A stretch of 64,000 nucleotides of DNA from Escherichia coli (GCF_050320075.1 NZ_CP190018.1), one strand, 5' to 3'. Positions 36,551 to 51,128 are shown, counted from the stretch's first letter. Notes: generated by a model not told the origin, from the letters alone. Made by a program: numbers and translations.

Positions 36551-37177
36551 ATGACCAAACCGTATGTTCGTCTTGATAAAAATGATGCTGCCGTTTTGCT
36601 TGTTGATCACCAGGCTGGTTTACTTTCCCTTGTACGGGATATCGAACCCGATAAGTTTAAAAATAACGTGCTGGCGCTGGGTGACCTGGCTAAGTATTTC
36701 AACTTACCAACTATTCTTACCACCAGTTTTGAAACCGGTCCTAACGGCCCATTAGTTCCAGAACTGAAAGCACAATTCCCCGATGCACCTTACATTGCTC
36801 GCCCGGGCAATATTAACGCCTGGGATAACGAAGATTTTGTAAAAGCAGTCAAAGCGACAGGTAAAAAACAGTTAATTATTGCCGGTGTGGTAACCGAAGT
36901 TTGCGTGGCATTCCCGGCGCTTTCAGCCATTGAAGAAGGGTTTGACGTCTTTGTCGTGACTGACGCGTCAGGGACCTTTAATGAAATTACCCGGCATTCG
37001 GCGTGGGATCGCATGTCGCAAGCTGGTGCGCAATTGATGACATGGTTCGGCGTGGCTTGCGAGCTGCATCGCGACTGGCGTAATGATATTGAAGGACTGG
37101 CGACGTTGTTCTCTAACCATATTCCTGATTATCGTAATTTGATGACCAGTTATGACACGTTAACGAAGCAGAAATAA
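36551..37177 (+). CDS. ycaC: Isochorismatase-family hydrolase YcaC
   Basis: 208-aa ORF; RBS GGAGAAGAGG before ATG. Confidence 0.92.
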   Translation: MTKPYVRLDKNDAAVLLVDHQAGLLSLVRDIEPDKFKNNVLALGDLAKYFNLPTILTTSFETGPNGPLVPELKAQFPDAPYIARPGNINAWDNEDFVKAVKATGKKQLIIAGVVTEVCVAFPALSAIEEGFDVFVVTDASGTFNEITRHSAWDRMSQAGAQLMTWFGVACELHRDWRNDIEGLATLFSNHIPDYRNLMTSYDTLTKQK

Positions 37178-37182
37178 AAGAG

Positions 37183-37204
37183 AACCGGGGCCGAAACCCC
37201 GGTT
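37183..37204 (+). terminator. Bidirectional hairpin between convergent ycaC and dmsC
   Basis: AACCGGGG-CCGAAA-CCCCGGTT perfect stem. Confidence 0.5.
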
Positions 37205-37211
37205 GTTATGA

Positions 37212-38075
37212 TTAGCTTGCGACGGCCATCCCCACGGTCATATGCAAACCATAGAATACGCCACGACCGATTAATTCCCCTGCCAGAAGCAGAATGAATG
37301 ATACGGAAAGTAGCGGAACCGCAGGCTGATAACCTTTTAGCTGTGGTGCAATCCACAAGCACAGGGCAACAGCCAAAAGCACGATCCGCCAGGACATCAG
37401 CGCACCATAGTCCGGCACCAGCGCTGCGGCCTGCTGCACAGAGCTATGAATAGTCGCCAGCTCTGCGCCCTGCATCACTGACACCACGCCACTCACTACC
37501 AGGGCCAGTACAGAAATGGCTGGCAGCAGACGCATCGCCCAGCCATCGACGCCAGCCAGACTCAGCAACAGGTAACCCAGTAACGGGCCGCCCATAAACA
37601 TCGTCAGGAAGAAGCCCATCGGCGTCCAGATGCTGTACCAGGTCGGAACGGTATCAATGCTGTTATACACACGCACCATCATCCAGACAAAGATGACGCC
37701 AAGAACCATCGTCACTATCAGCCAGAGCGTACGCAATGCCGGTGACAGCTTTTTCAGCATTGCCAGCAACCAGCCGATGCCACCAACAGCAAAAAAGATC
37801 GAACCGCTGGCGATTTCGTTACTGAGTGCTGAAGCCCCTACCCGGTTGAGCGAGTTAAAGGCGCGCATCGGTGAACCAAGATGAAGCATAGAGGCGATAA
37901 AGCCAATGCCCATCAGCACCCATAAACCAAACATGCAGGCAATAACACGCTGCTGGGCTTCTGCTCGCAGGTCGCCTTTGAGCAGCGCCAAAGCCAGAAC
38001 GATAAAACCACCCGCTACACATTGCCCGAAGACCGTGAAGATCATCAGCGGCCATTCATGCCATCCACTTCCCAT
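37212..38075 (-). CDS. dmsC: DMSO reductase membrane anchor subunit DmsC
   Basis: Conserved start MGSGWHEWPLMIF at ATG 38073-38075 with RBS GGAGGTG (track ORF extends to 38138); polytopic. Confidence 0.9.
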   Translation of the reverse strand: MGSGWHEWPLMIFTVFGQCVAGGFIVLALALLKGDLRAEAQQRVIACMFGLWVLMGIGFIASMLHLGSPMRAFNSLNRVGASALSNEIASGSIFFAVGGIGWLLAMLKKLSPALRTLWLIVTMVLGVIFVWMMVRVYNSIDTVPTWYSIWTPMGFFLTMFMGGPLLGYLLLSLAGVDGWAMRLLPAISVLALVVSGVVSVMQGAELATIHSSVQQAAALVPDYGALMSWRIVLLAVALCLWIAPQLKGYQPAVPLLSVSFILLLAGELIGRGVFYGLHMTVGMAVAS

Positions 38076-38076
38076 C

Positions 38077-38694
38077 TCACACCTCCTTCGGGTTTGCCAG
38101 ATAGCCAGTGGTATCCCCGGTCGGGCGGCTGTTGGCATTGGGTTTGATCACAATATTCGGTTTGGTAAAGTGAGCTCGCGGCAACGGCGCAACGGCCGCC
38201 AGATCGCCATGTTTTTTACGCAGCTCGTCGATAGGGCCGAAATCCAGCGCCCGCAGCGGGCAAGATTCAACACAGATCGGCTTTTTCCCCTCCGCAACAC
38301 GGTCATAACAACCATCGCATTTGGTCATATGGCCTTTCGTTTCGTTATATTGCGGTGCGCCATACGGGCAAGCCATATGGCAGTAGCGGCAGCCAATGCA
38401 CACATCTTCATCGACTACAACAAAACCATCTTCACGTTTATGCATCGCACCACTCGGGCAGACTTTAGTACAAGCCGGATCTTCGCAGTGGTTGCACGAA
38501 ATCGACAGATAGTAGGCAAACACGTTCTGGTGCCAGACACCGTTATCTTCCTGCCAGTCGCCACCAGCATATTCATAAATGCGGCGGAAGCTGACTTCCG
38601 GCGTCAGATCTTTATAGTCTTTACAGGCCAGCTCGCAGGTTTTGCAACCGGTGCAACGGCTGGAATCAATAAAAAATCCATACTGGGTTGTCAT
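38077..38694 (-). CDS. dmsB: DMSO reductase iron-sulfur subunit DmsB
   Basis: 205-aa ORF with multiple CxxCxxCxxxCP ferredoxin motifs. Confidence 0.96.
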   Translation of the reverse strand: MTTQYGFFIDSSRCTGCKTCELACKDYKDLTPEVSFRRIYEYAGGDWQEDNGVWHQNVFAYYLSISCNHCEDPACTKVCPSGAMHKREDGFVVVDEDVCIGCRYCHMACPYGAPQYNETKGHMTKCDGCYDRVAEGKKPICVESCPLRALDFGPIDELRKKHGDLAAVAPLPRAHFTKPNIVIKPNANSRPTGDTTGYLANPKEV

Positions 38695-38704
38695 CGGTTA
38701 CTCC

Positions 38705-41149
38705 TTACACCTTTTCAACCTGAACAAGGTTTGTATGTGACGGATTCCCCTTAGCGAGAGGAGACGGACGTTGAGTGGTCAGTACGTTGATACAACCTCC
38801 CTTATCGACACGTTTTGCATCCGGGTCATACCAGGCACCTTCACCCAGTGCGACCACACCCGGCATCATTCGTGGCGTCACTTTCGCCTCAATATGAACC
38901 TCACCACGATCGTTAAAGATCCTGACTTTATCGCCGTTGTTGATACCGCGTTTTTGGGCATCAAGCGGGTTGATCCACATTTCCTGACGGCAAGCCGCTT
39001 TCAGCACATCAACGTTGCCGTAAGTTGAGTGAACGCGAGATTTGTAGTGGAAGCCAGTAAGCTGCAGCGGATATTGTTTGTTCAGCGGATCCTGATAACT
39101 TTCAAAGCCCGGCGTATAGATCGGCAGTGGATCGATCACATCGCCTTCTGGCAATTCCCAGGTCGCGGCAATGTCAGCCAGCGCCTGCGAATAAATCTCA
39201 ATTTTACCCGATGGCGTGGTCAGTGGATTTGCCTGAGGATCTTCACGGAAAGCTTTATAAGCAACGTGGTGCCCTTGTGGGTCGCGCTTTTTAAAGATCC
39301 CCTGCTTGCGGAACTCTTCAAACGTTGGCAGTTCAGGAATCGCTTCCCGCGACTGGGCATACAGATGCCGCATCCACTCTTCCTGTGTACGGCCTTCAGT
39401 AAACTGTTGCTCAACGCCAAGACGTTTTGCCAGTTCGCTGGTCATTTCATAGATGGTCTTACATTCAAAGCGCGGTTTAATCACCTGATCGTTGAAAATC
39501 ACGTAAGACATATTCCCGCAGGATGCATCCAGTGCAAAGTCCATCTGTTCGGAAGCGGTGCAGTCAGGCAGCAGGATGTCAGCATATTTCGCTGATGAGG
39601 TCATGTGGCAGTCGATAACCACAATCAGCTCGCACTTCTTATCATCCTGAAGGATTTCATGGGTACGGTTGATTTCAGAATGCTGGTTAATCAGGCAGTT
39701 ACCGGCATAGTTCCAGATCATTTTGATCGGCACATCCAGCTTATCTTTCCCGCGCACACCATCACGCAGCGCTGTCATTTCCGGGCCACGTTCAATGGCA
39801 TCGGTCCACATAAACATAGAAATGCTGGTCTGGATCGGGTTTTCGAGGGTCGGCATACGCACAAACGGTAAGCTGTATGAACCTTCACGCGCGCCGCTGT
39901 TCCCTCCATTAATACCAACGTTACCGGTCAGAATCGCCAGCATCGAGATAGCACGGGTTGCGATTTCACCGTTAGCGTGACGCTGCGGGCCCCATCCCTG
40001 GCTGATAAACGCCGGTTTGGTACTACCGATTTCACGAGCCAATTTGATGATTTTGTCTGCCGGAACACCGGTGATTTGCGAGGCCCATTCCGGCGTTTTA
40101 GCTACGCCATCTGGCCCTTCACCCAGAATATAAGCTTTATAGTGACCATTTTTCGGCGCACTGGCAGGCAGTGTTTTCTCGTCGTAGCCAACGCAATATT
40201 TATCGAGGAATGCCTGATCCACCAGGTTTTCGGTGATCATGACATACGCCAGACCGTTAACCAGTGCGGCATCTGTTCCCGGACGAATAGGGATCCACTC
40301 ATCTTCGCGCCCGGCTCCGGTGTCGGTATAGCGCGGATCGATGATGATCATGCGAGCATTAGATTTCTGACGCGCCTGTTCAAGATAGTAAGTCACCCCA
40401 CCGCCACTCATTCGCGTTTCGCCAGGGTTATTACCAAACAGCACTACCAGTTTACTGTTTTCGATATCCGACGGGCTGTTACCATCTGCCCAGCCGCCGT
40501 AGGTATAGTTCAAACCTTCCGCAATTTGCGCGGAAGAGTAGTCACCGTAATGGTTCAGATAACCGCCGCAGCAGTTCATCAGGCGAGCGACCAGGGTATT
40601 TCCCGGCGGCCAGGAGCGGGTCATGGTGCCACCCAGCGTACCGGTGCCATAGTTCAGATAGATGGATTCGTTGCCGTACTCTTTGATCAGGCGCTGCATA
40701 TTGGTCGCGATGATGTCGTAGGCTTCTTCCCAGCTAATGCGCTCGAATTTGCCTTCACCGCGCGCTCCGACTCGTTTCATCGGATATTTCAGGCGGTCCG
40801 GATTGTAGACACGGCGACGCATGGAACGACCACGCAGACAGGCGCGCACCTGGTGCAGGCCGTCATAGTTGTCATCGCCAGTATTATCCGTTTCAACATA
40901 TTTGATTTCACCGTCCACGACGTGCATACGTAGCGGGCAGCGACTACCACAGTTAACTGTACAGGCGCTCCAGATAACCTTTTCGTCTGATTTTGTTGGA
41001 ATGGCGCTATTGACAGCGTGCGCAATCCGACTAAAAGGTAATGTTAACGCGCTGCTGGCCATTGCCAGGCCGCCGATCGCTGTCGTTTTTACCAAACCAC
41101 GGCGACTCACCTCAGCAGCCAATACCGCATCAGGGATTTTCGTTTTCAT
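38705..41149 (-). CDS. dmsA: DMSO reductase catalytic subunit DmsA (molybdopterin, Tat-exported)
   Basis: 814-aa ORF; twin-arginine signal SRRGLVKTTAIGG. Confidence 0.96.
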   Translation of the reverse strand: MKTKIPDAVLAAEVSRRGLVKTTAIGGLAMASSALTLPFSRIAHAVNSAIPTKSDEKVIWSACTVNCGSRCPLRMHVVDGEIKYVETDNTGDDNYDGLHQVRACLRGRSMRRRVYNPDRLKYPMKRVGARGEGKFERISWEEAYDIIATNMQRLIKEYGNESIYLNYGTGTLGGTMTRSWPPGNTLVARLMNCCGGYLNHYGDYSSAQIAEGLNYTYGGWADGNSPSDIENSKLVVLFGNNPGETRMSGGGVTYYLEQARQKSNARMIIIDPRYTDTGAGREDEWIPIRPGTDAALVNGLAYVMITENLVDQAFLDKYCVGYDEKTLPASAPKNGHYKAYILGEGPDGVAKTPEWASQITGVPADKIIKLAREIGSTKPAFISQGWGPQRHANGEIATRAISMLAILTGNVGINGGNSGAREGSYSLPFVRMPTLENPIQTSISMFMWTDAIERGPEMTALRDGVRGKDKLDVPIKMIWNYAGNCLINQHSEINRTHEILQDDKKCELIVVIDCHMTSSAKYADILLPDCTASEQMDFALDASCGNMSYVIFNDQVIKPRFECKTIYEMTSELAKRLGVEQQFTEGRTQEEWMRHLYAQSREAIPELPTFEEFRKQGIFKKRDPQGHHVAYKAFREDPQANPLTTPSGKIEIYSQALADIAATWELPEGDVIDPLPIYTPGFESYQDPLNKQYPLQLTGFHYKSRVHSTYGNVDVLKAACRQEMWINPLDAQKRGINNGDKVRIFNDRGEVHIEAKVTPRMMPGVVALGEGAWYDPDAKRVDKGGCINVLTTQRPSPLAKGNPSHTNLVQVEKV

Positions 41150-41342
41150 AATGGCTCACTCAAGCTTGCTCACGATTGATTCCAGTAACAAACCGTATTG
41201 TGTAATTATTTCTATAGCAGGTCGCTATATAGGCTTGTATACATCGAATAATTTGAAAATCAAAGAGATAGGTAGATTTTCACTCGAAAGTAGTATTACG
41301 TGTAAGTGAGGAGTAATTATTGTTCGGTATCAAAGGGAGACA

Positions 41343-41366
41343 AAAAAAGCGCCCGCAGGCGCTTTT
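41343..41366 (-). terminator. Rho-independent terminator downstream of serS
   Basis: Hairpin AGCGCC-CGCA-GGCGCT flanked by A/T runs, just 3' of the serS stop. Confidence 0.65.
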
Positions 41367-41387
41367 TAGATTCAGAAAAATTGGGTA

Positions 41388-42701
<1,314 letters not shown>

Positions 42702-42770
42702 TTAAATGGGAGATGTGGCCACAGCCTGCGACCACAGGGATACAGTAACAACATTACCGCAACGATAACA

Positions 42771-44114
42771 TTAACGGTAGCGTTTTATGGGGCTATTTTG
42801 ATCCTGTTCAGCCAGCCAGGCGAGCTTTTCGCCAATCTTGCCTTCAAGGCCCCTGTTTGTCGGGAAATAATAGCGTGTTTGTGCTATTTCCGGCGGGAAG
42901 TAAACCTCACCGGCAGCATAAGCGTTTGCTTCATCATGAGCGTAACGATATTCCTGCCCGTAGCCCATTTCCTTCATTAATTTCGTCGGCGCATTACGCA
43001 AATGAACCGGCACGTCATAATCCGGACGTTCGCGAGCATCCGCCAGCGCGGCTTTAAACGCAGTGTAGACAGCGTTGCTTTTTGGCGCGCAGGCCAGGTA
43101 AACAATCGCCTGAGCAATGGCGCGTTCTCCTTCCGCCGGGCCAACTCGGGTAAAGCAATCCCAGGCCGCAATTGCCACCTGCATCGCTCGTGGATCAGCA
43201 TTACCCACATCTTCCGACGCTATCGCCAGACAGCGACGCGCGACATATAACGGATCGCCACCGGCAGTAATAATTCGCGCATACCAGTACAGCGCCGCAT
43301 CGGGTGCGCTACCACGTACCGACTTATGCAGTGCGGAAATGAGATCGTAAAAGCGATCGCCTTTGTTATCAAAGCGGGCGCTACGTTCACCGGCGATTTC
43401 AGTCAGTAATTCAGGCTTCAGGACCCGCTTACCGCTATCATCGACTTCGGCCATATCCGCCATCATTTCCAGCGTATTTAACGCCCGGCGCGCGTCGCCA
43501 TTCACCAGTTCAGCAATGGCGCGTCGCGTTTCATCTGGCAGAACTATATCCTGACCACCATAGCCACGGGTTTTGTCTTCCATCGCCTGAGTAAGCACCT
43601 GCTCAATATCCTCTGTACTCAGGGATTTCAGCAGATAGACACGGGCACGGGAAAGCAGTGCCGAGTTAAGTTCAAACGACGGGTTTTCAGTGGTTGCGCC
43701 AATAAAAGTGATGGTGCCGTCTTCAATATGTGGCAGAAATGCATCCTGCTGGCTTTTGTTGAATCGGTGAACTTCGTCAACAAAAAGAATAGTGCGGCGA
43801 CCAGCATTGCGGTTTTGCCGAGCGCGCTCGATCGCCTCGCGAATCTCTTTCACGCCAGAAGTAACGGCAGAAATACGTTCCACATCAGCGTTCGCATAGC
43901 GGGCAATCACTTCAGCGAGGGTTGTTTTGCCGGTACCCGGTGGCCCCCAGAGGATCATAGAATGCAAATGCCCGGCTTCGATAGCACGCGGCAACGGCTT
44001 CCCCGCAGCCAACAAATGTTGCTGGCCGATATACTGTGCTAAATTTTCTGGCCGCATACGCGCGGCCAGAGGTTGAAAAGTATTATCCGAAAAATCGAGC
44101 GACAGATTGCTCAC
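42771..44114 (-). CDS. rarA: Replication-associated recombination protein RarA (MgsA, AAA+)
   Basis: 447-aa ORF; Walker [10 protein letters not shown]; start codon at 44112-44114 reads GTG. Confidence 0.93.
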
Positions 44115-44124
44115 TCAGGTGCCT

Positions 44125-44736
44125 CTACTTACGTTGATCATCTACCGTTACGCCTTGCGGCGGGGTGAAGGTAAATTTCGCTGCATCCACAGTCCCATTT
44201 TGCTGGGATTTCAGCTGATAACTGCTGCGCTGATCGTCCTGCTCCACCGCGCTAAACTGATGGATTGTGCCATCACGTCCCACGTTAATGGTGAACTGCT
44301 TCAGATTGCCATTGCTGGCTTTCGGCGTCAGGACAAAGTCATCGCCATTCTGTTTGATATTGTACTGCTGCCAGTCGCTGGACTGGTTGCGGGCAATCAG
44401 CATAAACGGCGTATTACCGGTGGCATCTTTCAGCCAGGTTGCCGTAGCTTGCTCAACGAACGGGTTATAGAACCACAGTGTTTTACCGTCCGAAACCAGA
44501 ATGCTTTCATCAGGTTGAGTCATATGCCAGTTGAATAAGTTTGGACGTTTCACCCACAGATCGCCCTGGCCTTCCTGCACCGCCGCGCCGCTACCGTCAG
44601 TCACTTTTTGTGTGAAGCTGGCGTGGAAGCTGCTGACTTTATCCAGGCGGCTTTTAAGATCGCTTGCGGCATCAGCCCAAACGCTGCTTGCTACTAAGCT
44701 TGAGAGTAATGCACAGGTGATGGCAATTTTTTTCAT
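44125..44736 (-). CDS. lolA: Outer-membrane lipoprotein carrier protein LolA
   Basis: Signal peptide [21 protein letters not shown]; tandem ATGs at 44734-44739, downstream one chosen. Confidence 0.93.
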   Translation of the reverse strand: MKKIAITCALLSSLVASSVWADAASDLKSRLDKVSSFHASFTQKVTDGSGAAVQEGQGDLWVKRPNLFNWHMTQPDESILVSDGKTLWFYNPFVEQATATWLKDATGNTPFMLIARNQSSDWQQYNIKQNGDDFVLTPKASNGNLKQFTINVGRDGTIHQFSAVEQDDQRSSYQLKSQQNGTVDAAKFTFTPPQGVTVDDQRK

Positions 44737-44848
44737 CATTATTCCTCAAATTACGTCACTCCCGATCGGGAGTTCCCTCTACTCTCTATTCCAGGCTAAT
44801 AATCAGCTTGAGGAAAGAAGAAAATACTGAATTTTCAGTTGTTAGAGT

Positions 44849-44884
44849 GCCGGATGCGACGCTACCGAGCCTTATCCGGCCTAC
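44849..44884. repeat. REP-like element between ftsK and lolA
   Basis: GCCGGATGCGACGC...CTTATCCGGCCTAC resembles the REP consensus. Confidence 0.6.
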
Positions 44885-44894
44885 GATGCATTAA

Positions 44895-47800
44895 TTAGTC
44901 AAACGGCGGTGGGGCCAGCACTTCACGATTACCGTTGTGCCCCTGTTCGCTGACAATCCCCTGCGCTTCCATCTGTTCGATAATACGCGCTGCACGGTTA
45001 TAACCAATGCGGAACTGACGCTGTACGCCAGAAATTGATGCTTTGCGTTTTTCAGTGACAAACTGCACCGCCTGATCGAACAACGGATCCAGCTCTTCAG
45101 CGCCATCGAAACCGCCCGCGCCACCTTCGCTTTCACTGTCGGAGGTGATGCCATCAACATACTGTGGGCGACCACGCGCTTTCCAGTCCTGCACCACGGC
45201 ATGAACTTCCTGATCGCGAACAAAAGCACCATGAACACGTACCGGCAACGTGGAGTTCGGCCCAGAGTAAAGCATATCCCCCATACCCAGCAGTGATTCC
45301 GCGCCAGCCTGATCAAGAATGGTACGTGAGTCAATCTTACTGGATACGGTAAAGGCGATACGGGTCGGAATATTCGCTTTAATCAGACCAGTAATAACAT
45401 CAACCGATGGACGCTGCGTTGCCAGTACGAGGTGGATACCCGCGGCACGGGCTTTTTGCGCCAGACGTGCTATAAGCTCTTCCACTTTTTTACCTACCGT
45501 CATCATCAGGTCGGCAAATTCGTCCACCAACACCACAATGTACGGTTCTTTTTTCAGCACCGGATGCTGGGCATCCATACTGTCACCCGGCTTCCAGTAC
45601 GGGTCTGGAATCGGACGCATCATGCGATCGGCTTCAGCAATTTTTTCGTTATAACCCGCCAGATTACGCACACCTAGGGCGGACATCAGCTTATAACGAC
45701 GTTCCATTTCATTTACGCACCAGCGCAAAGCGTTGGCAGCATCTTTCATGTCGGTAACGACTTCCGTTAACAGATGCGGAATGCCTTCATAAACCGAAAG
45801 CTCCAGCATTTTCGGGTCGATCATGATGAAACGCACATCTTCTGGCTGTGCTTTATAAAGCATGCTCAGGATCATCGCGTTCACCCCGACAGACTTACCG
45901 GAACCGGTAGTCCCCGCAACCAACAAGTGCGGCATTTTCGCCAGATCGGCAACCACCGGCTCACCGGCGATATCTTTACCCAGCACCACGGTTAATGGCG
46001 ACGGATTATCGCGGAATTTGGCGTTATCCAATACTTCGCGCAGATAAACGGTTTGTCGTTTTTTATTCGGTAACTCCAGACCTACATAGGGTTTGCCAGG
46101 AATAACTTCAACGACACGCACCGCCACCGTCGAAAGTGAACGGGCAAGGTCCCGTGACAAGTTAGAAATGCGCGCCGCTTTTACGCCCGGTGCCAGGTTA
46201 AGTTCAAAGCGAGTGATAACCGGCCCCGGAGAGTAATTGACGACATCGGCTTTAATACGGAAATCAGCCAGACGCGCTTCCACCAGACGCGCCATTTGTT
46301 CAAGCGCAAAGGTATCTACCGGCTCCACTTCGCTCGGCGGCGGTGTCAGCAAATCCAGAGAAGGCAGCGGCGTCGTCGGTTTATGCAACGGACGGCTGTC
46401 ACCATTGCGCATCAACAGCGGATGAAGCAGGGTATCATGCGGCTGCGGCGCAACTGGCTGTTGCGGCTGCTGATATTGCGGCTGCTGTGCAACCGGCTGT
46501 TGCGGCTGCTGATATTGCTGCTGCGGCGCAACCGGTTGTTGTGGCTGCTGATATTGCTGCTGCGGTGCAACCGGCTGTTGCGGCTGCTGATACTGCGGCT
46601 GCGGCGCAACTGGTTGCTGCGGCTGCTGATACTGTTGCTGCGGTGCAATCGGTTGTTGCGGCTGCTGTACAGGTTCAACAATTGGCGTAAACAACGGTTC
46701 GTGTGGACCATCATCCAGCAACGCTTTCATTGGCGAAAATTCAAAATCATCCAGCGTGAACGGATTCGCCCCAGCCGGTTGTTCGCCGGAATAACGTTGT
46801 TGTTGAGTTTGCGCAAACTGACGAGCCAGTTCAGCCTCTGCCGCAGCATCTGCATCTTCTGCGTTCACGGGCACATCATGTTGATACTGTTCGCCATAGC
46901 GTTGCTGCTGTGTCTGGGCGAACTGACGTGCCAGTTCATCCTGCTGCATCGCATCGATTTCATCATCGTTATACTGATCGCCGGAATCGTACTGATTGCG
47001 CTGAGCTTCACGGGCTTTTTCTTCTGCCGCACGCTGTGAGGGCAGCTTAATACCGTAAGACGCCAGTTCACGACGAGTTGGCACGCGGATACGTTTCGGT
47101 CGTGGCAACTGCGGGCCAATCCCCTCTTTGACCTGTGGACGCGGTCCAGCGCTATTTGCCAGACTGAAGACTGGCGCGGCAACGGTTGCGGCAGCCCCCG
47201 TCGCCAGTGTCGCTTTTTTCACGCCAGATGCCAGAGGGGAAACAGCGGCAGCGGCTTCCACTGGAGGTACTGCTGCAACAGAAGGTGTTTTCAGCGAAGA
47301 TTTGATCGGTTCTGGTTCTTTAACCGGTTCAGGAATCGGTTGATACCAGGCCGCAAGTTGTTCACGTTCACGGGCACGCTTCTCTTCCACTTCTTCAAAA
47401 TAGTAAAGCGGCGGACGCGCGGGTTTTGTCTCTTCTACAACGGGTTCAGGCTCCACAACAGGCTGCTGTTCAACAGGTTGCGGCTGTTGGTACAACGGCT
47501 CCTGAGCGACTGGCTGCTGATAAGTTTGCTCAGTCTGGTATGTAGACTGTGGAGCAAAAGTGGATTGCTGCTCTTCGGCTTGCCAGGCGTTACCTGCCAC
47601 CGATTGTTCTGGCGCAGGGGCGTAATACGACTGTTGCGCAGACTGTTCCGGCGCAGTTGCGTAATACGGCTGCTGAACAGGTTGTTCCGCCGCAGGAGCG
47701 TAGTAAGGTTGTTGCACAGGTTGTTCCGCTGCTGGCGCATAATACGGCTGCTGTGGCTGTACAGGTTGTTGCAGCGGCTCATTATATTGCACTGCAGGCT

Positions 47801-48962
47801 GCGCATATTGTGGCTGCTGTGGGTAACCTTCCTGTGCAGGAGCAATAACCGGCTCTCCCGTTTGTGGCCCCGGTACAGGCTGCCAGGCTACTGTAGGTTG
47901 TGCAGGTGGAACATCAACAGAGGCAACAGGCGGCGTCTGAGTCACAGGTTCAACCGGCGCAGCCCAGCTTTGTGTCGCCGTGGTAGCAGCAGCTGCTACA
48001 GCAACAGGTTCGGTAATTGGCGCACCGTTTAATAATGGATCGTATTCGTCATATTCTGGCTGCGTTGCACGATTGCCCGAAAAGAGGACGTCGTCCGGGT
48101 CGGCAGCCACACCGCGTGCAGTGTAGGTAATCTCTTCTTCATCATCCATCCGCTTACCGGAGAACAACGCAGCATCTGTTTGCCGCCCCATCGGATTAAT
48201 GAATTTTTCCGCCAACCGTTTACGACGCGCTAACGCGCCGCGAAGAATACGGGCACGGCGTGATTCATGCTGTTTGCCGTGATTTTCATCTTCATACTCT
48301 TCGTCGTCTTCATACTCATCTTCATCGACCCAGGTATCATCGCGACGGGTACGATTACTGGCGAAGGTGAGAATGTTTAAAATCCAGCCGCCGAGTTTTT
48401 CAGCAATGGTCACCCATGACCAACCGGTGAACAGCGTCAGACCCGCAGCCCAAACGCAGAGCAGCGCAATAGTTCCCCCGCTACTGTGTAGCAGTGGTTG
48501 TAGCGTAGTGCTTAGTAAGCTGCCAATGACGCCACCGGAGGCAAAATACCAGATATCGTCAGCGTTGATTGCCGCCAGACCACAGGAGGTAAGGATGAGC
48601 GCCAAAACGCCAATGATGCGTAGCGAAACGGCAAAATAATCAATGTATTCGTCGCTGGACTGATGACGCCAGGCAAACCAACAACCGCCGACAATAATGA
48701 CGGGAATGGTGTAAGCCATCACGCCAAAAATAAAGAACAGCGTATCTGCCAGCCATGCACCGGGCATCCCACCTAAATTATGGATAGGTTCATGCCAGGC
48801 CGTTTGCGACCAGCTGGGGTCCGAAGGGTTAAAGCTTAGTAAGGCAGCCATCAACCAGACGGCAAACAGGACAATAAGGATCAGCAACGCCTCCAGAAGG
48901 CGGCGGCCGCTACTTAACTTTGTCAATGTGACTTCTTTGTCTTCAGTGTATTCCTGGCTCAA
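44895..48962 (-). CDS. ftsK: DNA translocase FtsK
   Basis: 1355-aa ORF; N-terminal TM domain, long Pro/Gln-rich linker with tandem peptide repeats, C-terminal motor with Walker A GTTGSGKS and gamma domain. Confidence 0.96.
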   Translation of the reverse strand: MSQEYTEDKEVTLTKLSSGRRLLEALLILIVLFAVWLMAALLSFNPSDPSWSQTAWHEPIHNLGGMPGAWLADTLFFIFGVMAYTIPVIIVGGCWFAWRHQSSDEYIDYFAVSLRIIGVLALILTSCGLAAINADDIWYFASGGVIGSLLSTTLQPLLHSSGGTIALLCVWAAGLTLFTGWSWVTIAEKLGGWILNILTFASNRTRRDDTWVDEDEYEDDEEYEDENHGKQHESRRARILRGALARRKRLAEKFINPMGRQTDAALFSGKRMDDEEEITYTARGVAADPDDVLFSGNRATQPEYDEYDPLLNGAPITEPVAVAAAATTATQSWAAPVEPVTQTPPVASVDVPPAQPTVAWQPVPGPQTGEPVIAPAQEGYPQQPQYAQPAVQYNEPLQQPVQPQQPYYAPAAEQPVQQPYYAPAAEQPVQQPYYATAPEQSAQQSYYAPAPEQSVAGNAWQAEEQQSTFAPQSTYQTEQTYQQPVAQEPLYQQPQPVEQQPVVEPEPVVEETKPARPPLYYFEEVEEKRAREREQLAAWYQPIPEPVKEPEPIKSSLKTPSVAAVPPVEAAAAVSPLASGVKKATLATGAAATVAAPVFSLANSAGPRPQVKEGIGPQLPRPKRIRVPTRRELASYGIKLPSQRAAEEKAREAQRNQYDSGDQYNDDEIDAMQQDELARQFAQTQQQRYGEQYQHDVPVNAEDADAAAEAELARQFAQTQQQRYSGEQPAGANPFTLDDFEFSPMKALLDDGPHEPLFTPIVEPVQQPQQPIAPQQQYQQPQQPVAPQPQYQQPQQPVAPQQQYQQPQQPVAPQQQYQQPQQPVAQQPQYQQPQQPVAPQPHDTLLHPLLMRNGDSRPLHKPTTPLPSLDLLTPPPSEVEPVDTFALEQMARLVEARLADFRIKADVVNYSPGPVITRFELNLAPGVKAARISNLSRDLARSLSTVAVRVVEVIPGKPYVGLELPNKKRQTVYLREVLDNAKFRDNPSPLTVVLGKDIAGEPVVADLAKMPHLLVAGTTGSGKSVGVNAMILSMLYKAQPEDVRFIMIDPKMLELSVYEGIPHLLTEVVTDMKDAANALRWCVNEMERRYKLMSALGVRNLAGYNEKIAEADRMMRPIPDPYWKPGDSMDAQHPVLKKEPYIVVLVDEFADLMMTVGKKVEELIARLAQKARAAGIHLVLATQRPSVDVITGLIKANIPTRIAFTVSSKIDSRTILDQAGAESLLGMGDMLYSGPNSTLPVRVHGAFVRDQEVHAVVQDWKARGRPQYVDGITSDSESEGGAGGFDGAEELDPLFDQAVQFVTEKRKASISGVQRQFRIGYNRAARIIEQMEAQGIVSEQGHNGNREVLAPPPFD
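46440..46680 (-). repeat. Tandem ~39-bp coding repeats in the ftsK linker
   Basis: Repeated CTGCTGATATTGCTGCTGCGG-type units visible in the DNA, encoding about six [13 protein letters not shown] repeats. Confidence 0.85.
47575..47790 (-). repeat. Second tandem coding repeat block in the ftsK linker
   Basis: Repeated GGCGCAGGGGCGTAATACGGCTGCTG-like units encoding about four [13 protein letters not shown] repeats. Confidence 0.8.
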
Positions 48963-49096
48963 GAAAGGCTCTCCAGGTTACAGGCTTTTCCTGCCCGATG
49001 CTAAAACGGACAACAGTACCAGGTTACCCCAGTACTGTTGCTGTATGGATTAACAGGAGTGTAATCAAAATACGCCGATTTTGCACCTGTTCCGTG

Positions 49097-49591
49097 TTAG
49101 CGCGTCTTAATAACCAGACGATTACTCTGCTTGACTTCTTCCATAACAACGTATGTCCGTGTGTCATTGACGCCAGGCAGACGCAGCAGGGTTTCCCCCA
49201 GCAACTTACGGTAAGCTGACATATCCGGCACGCGTGTTTTCAACAGGTAGTCGAAATCACCAGATACTAAATGACACTCCTGAATTTCTTCAAGTTTTTG
49301 TACAGCGGTATTGAATTGTTCAAACACATCCGGTGCGCCACGATTCAGAGTAATCTCAACGAATACCAGAAGTGATGCATCCAGATAATGGGGGTTAAGC
49401 AGCGCCGTATAGCCCTGAATAAACCCTTGTCTTTCCAGCCGACGCACACGCTCAAGGCACGGCGTTGGGGAAAGTCCCACACGTTTAGAAAGCTCGACGT
49501 TAGAAATACGCCCATCCTTTTGCAACTCATTAAGAATGTTACGATCGATACGGTCGAGATCTTTGCCAGGGCGCTTCTTGCTATCTACCAT
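49097..49591 (-). CDS. lrp: Leucine-responsive regulatory protein Lrp
   Basis: Conserved start MVDSKKRPGKDLDRIDRNIL at ATG 49589-49591 (track ORF extends upstream). Confidence 0.95.
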   Translation of the reverse strand: MVDSKKRPGKDLDRIDRNILNELQKDGRISNVELSKRVGLSPTPCLERVRRLERQGFIQGYTALLNPHYLDASLLVFVEITLNRGAPDVFEQFNTAVQKLEEIQECHLVSGDFDYLLKTRVPDMSAYRKLLGETLLRLPGVNDTRTYVVMEEVKQSNRLVIKTR

Positions 49592-50018
49592 TATTATTGT
49601 CTCTCTGTATTCCTTCCCTACTCCTGTCTGACCCTGAAACATCACTGTTCAGAGTCGCTACCCGTCACGATAGACCGAAATCATGAAGATTCACGGCGCG
49701 CAATGCCTGGGTCTACGGTGAGAAGACCGTTGCCTTGTGGCTGCTATCGACATCACGAATGGCGTCTGTCCACGCCATACGTAGATTTCACTAGCACGGT
49801 AAACATGGTATTTACATGCATGGTTATGCGCATATAAGAATACTGTTTTTTTTCTTCCTCGAATGTTTTCGCAAAACACCAGGGGATTGTCAAAGCAAAA
49901 CATCGATTTTTAGTACAACATGCCAGATATTCATTACTAGGGGCGTTTATTCATCATTTAATCGGCTTATAAAGCGGGAAATTTAAGTAGCAGAGGTGAT
50001 AATGACGGGAGAATTTGA

Positions 50019-51101
<1,083 letters not shown>

Positions 51102-51128
51102 TTTTACAAATCAGTAACAAAAGTAAAG

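Noticed and set aside
39977-40933. 318-aa plus-strand ORF antisense to dmsA (with 39029-39595 similar)
   Set aside because: Nested antisense to dmsA with no recognisable domains
46296-47039. 247-aa plus-strand ORF and other repetitive ORFs antisense to the ftsK linker
   Set aside because: Generated by the in-frame tandem repeats of the ftsK linker, which keep several frames open on both strands; translations are low-complexity L/R/Q/A runs
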